Part shown: positions 53,243 to 54,597 of the stretch, piece after piece
How positions within the stretch are numbered: position 1 is the stretch's first letter
Layout of the letters: each line of letters begins with the position of its first letter
From: a virus
Taxonomy: Duplodnaviria; Heunggongvirae; Uroviricota; Caudoviricetes
Strand: one strand, 5' to 3'
Virus record (IMG/VR): IMGVR_UViG_3300026097_000012
Location: 72,953-127,549 of that record
Length of the DNA stretch: 54,597 bases
Made by a program: the position numbers and the translations under genes
The notes under the pieces: model-generated
Told to the model about the DNA's origin: nothing
What the model saw: only the letters and a program-made list of their open reading frames with translations
Database searches by the model: none

Positions 53243-53586
53243 TAGTCTTCAGTTGGTGTACATAAAACATGACCGAACATTTCGAATGCTTCTGGATTAT
53301 GCGAGTTTAATAGACTTGCACAACTAGGACAATAATGCTTTCTAGTTGAATGATTGTAGAAAGTTGCTCCTGGTTGTTGACATGCAGATCGATTGCAATT
53401 TCCACCTTTAACTCCCTTTAAAGCAGGATTTGGATTAGATTCATATTCTGATAACTGCTGTGCAGCTTTGTTAATCATACTCGAGATAGATCCTCTATAT
53501 CCTCCTCCTAATATTGTAGTCATCGTTAGAAATGTCTTTTGAGTTTTTACTTCTCTCTTTTCTCTTCGGTTGTGTTTGTCTCCCAT
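53242..53586 (-). CDS. Cys-rich hypothetical protein
   Basis: CNRSAC..YCPSC. Confidence 0.7.
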   Translation of the reverse strand: MGDKHNRREKREVKTQKTFLTMTTILGGGYRGSISSMINKAAQQLSEYESNPNPALKGVKGGNCNRSACQQPGATFYNHSTRKHYCPSCASLLNSHNPEAFEMFGHVLCTPTED

Positions 53587-53615
53587 AATTATATTATACT
53601 AAACATTTAATATTT

Positions 53616-54419
53616 TTAAATTGGAAGATTAACCTTAGACAATAATTGATTTGAAACATGTGTATAAATTTCAGTAGTTTTTGAACTCGAGTGACCTGCG
53701 ATTTTCTGAATAATTCTCAAATCGGTACCTGATTCTAATAAGTGTGTAAAACTCGAATGTCGTAAAGTATGAATAGATGATTCGTTATCAATGTACTTTT
53801 TGTAAATCTTCTGACAACTTCCAACAGAATACTGTATTTTACTTTGACCATTAAATAGATATTCTTTAGGTCTATACTCTTTATAGTAGTTACGTAACAA
53901 GTCTAAGACTACCTCAGATAAAGGCACAATGCGATCCTTTTTACCTTTAGCATTTTTAATGTGAATCATCATTCTCTTTGAATCAATGTCTTCAATTTTA
54001 AGATTAACAATTTCAGATACTCTTAATCCCACTGAATAGGTTAGACTTAAGATTGTTTTATGTTTTAAGTTGGTAATTTTAGATAATTGTGCTTTTATAA
54101 ACTCGCCGTCAATAACTCTTGGTAATTTCTTTTCAGATTTCGGTCTTTTGAAAGATACTTTATCGTATTTTTTACCTAACACTTCTTTGTATAGAAACCG
54201 TATTGCATTAATTACTTGATTCTGTTGTGATACAGAAGTAAATTTGTAATTATCTAAATATGATTGAAAATCAGAAGAGTTACAATGTATGATTTGTTTA
54301 TCACTTAAACTTTCTAAAAATCTTTTGATATGGGATAAGTAATTATCCTTAGTTCTAGTAGAATAGTTTAGGTATATAAACTTTTGTTCACAAATCTTTA
54401 TAATTTTTTGATTTTTCAT
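53616..54419 (-). CDS. tyrosine recombinase (XerD/phage-integrase family)
   Basis: GLRVSE, KGKKDR, HTLRHS, GHSS..TT.IY catalytic R-K-H-R-H-Y. Confidence 0.92.
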   Translation of the reverse strand: MKNQKIIKICEQKFIYLNYSTRTKDNYLSHIKRFLESLSDKQIIHCNSSDFQSYLDNYKFTSVSQQNQVINAIRFLYKEVLGKKYDKVSFKRPKSEKKLPRVIDGEFIKAQLSKITNLKHKTILSLTYSVGLRVSEIVNLKIEDIDSKRMMIHIKNAKGKKDRIVPLSEVVLDLLRNYYKEYRPKEYLFNGQSKIQYSVGSCQKIYKKYIDNESSIHTLRHSSFTHLLESGTDLRIIQKIAGHSSSKTTEIYTHVSNQLLSKVNLPI

Positions 54420-54420
54420 G

Positions 54421-54478
54421 TTATAACTTATTGATAGTTAATGTTTTATAACTTATTACATATATAATATAGTTATGT
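54421..54478. other. Candidate recombination site(s) abutting the integrase start
   Basis: TTATAACTTATT x2 (54421, 54446); TAACT-N7-AGTTA dyad 54424-54440. Confidence 0.45.
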
Positions 54479-54597
54479 ATCATTTAACCCAATTCTTATG
54501 CATTTCACTTTCTCTGTGTACTCTTATCATATTAGTTTTTCCACATCTACACTGTGTTATTAGAAAATTTGTATTGTTTTCCATAGGTATATTATAC

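Noticed and set aside
1-54597. Genome-wide stop-codon reassignment (TAG to Gln)
   Set aside because: Long genes (1121, 577, 396 aa) are intact in code 11, and conserved proteins end at TAG (e.g. phosphatase ..APGDF*).
1-54597. Diversity-generating retroelement, retron or group II intron
   Set aside because: No reverse transcriptase and no template/variable repeat pair seen.

Overview
54.6 kb, AT-rich segment of a large T4-like (jumbo-type) tailed phage genome. The host is most likely Bacteroidota: leaders are A-rich without Shine-Dalgarno sequences, a T9SS C-terminal-domain gene is present, and the sigma factor is RpoD-like. Layout: (1) a repeat-rich non-coding island (192-1450); (2) a + strand array of about 21 promoter-driven mini-operons (1.5-23.4 kb) with an atypical tRNA-Tyr, PseT-type phosphatase, M28 peptidase, ART-fold protein, sigma factor, RadA-like ATPase and DUF932-like protein; (3) a serine-recombinase homolog lacking its catalytic Ser, then a GC-rich repeat island at the convergence point (23.5-24.7 kb); (4) a - strand block of small accessory genes (24.7-41.6 kb); (5) a late + strand operon of probable capsid-internal proteins (41.6-45.9 kb); (6) a - strand block with a T9SS-CTD protein, CCA-adding enzyme, NARP1-like NAD+ reconstitution pair and a tyrosine recombinase. 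Main unexplained signals: a 40-41 bp GAGC(C/G)A..T(G/C)GCTC dyad fixed 54-56 bp upstream of most early promoters, even inside coding sequence; 5'-leader/3'-end complementarity within individual cassettes; a strand-polarised decamer ACTACGGAGT (16 copies, none reversed); and a P-x-T-[KR]-G peptide motif shared by about 15 unrelated small proteins, some carrying fragments resembling major capsid protein, ribonucleotide reductase or ribosomal protein S3. All family calls are from motif recognition by eye; no database search was run.
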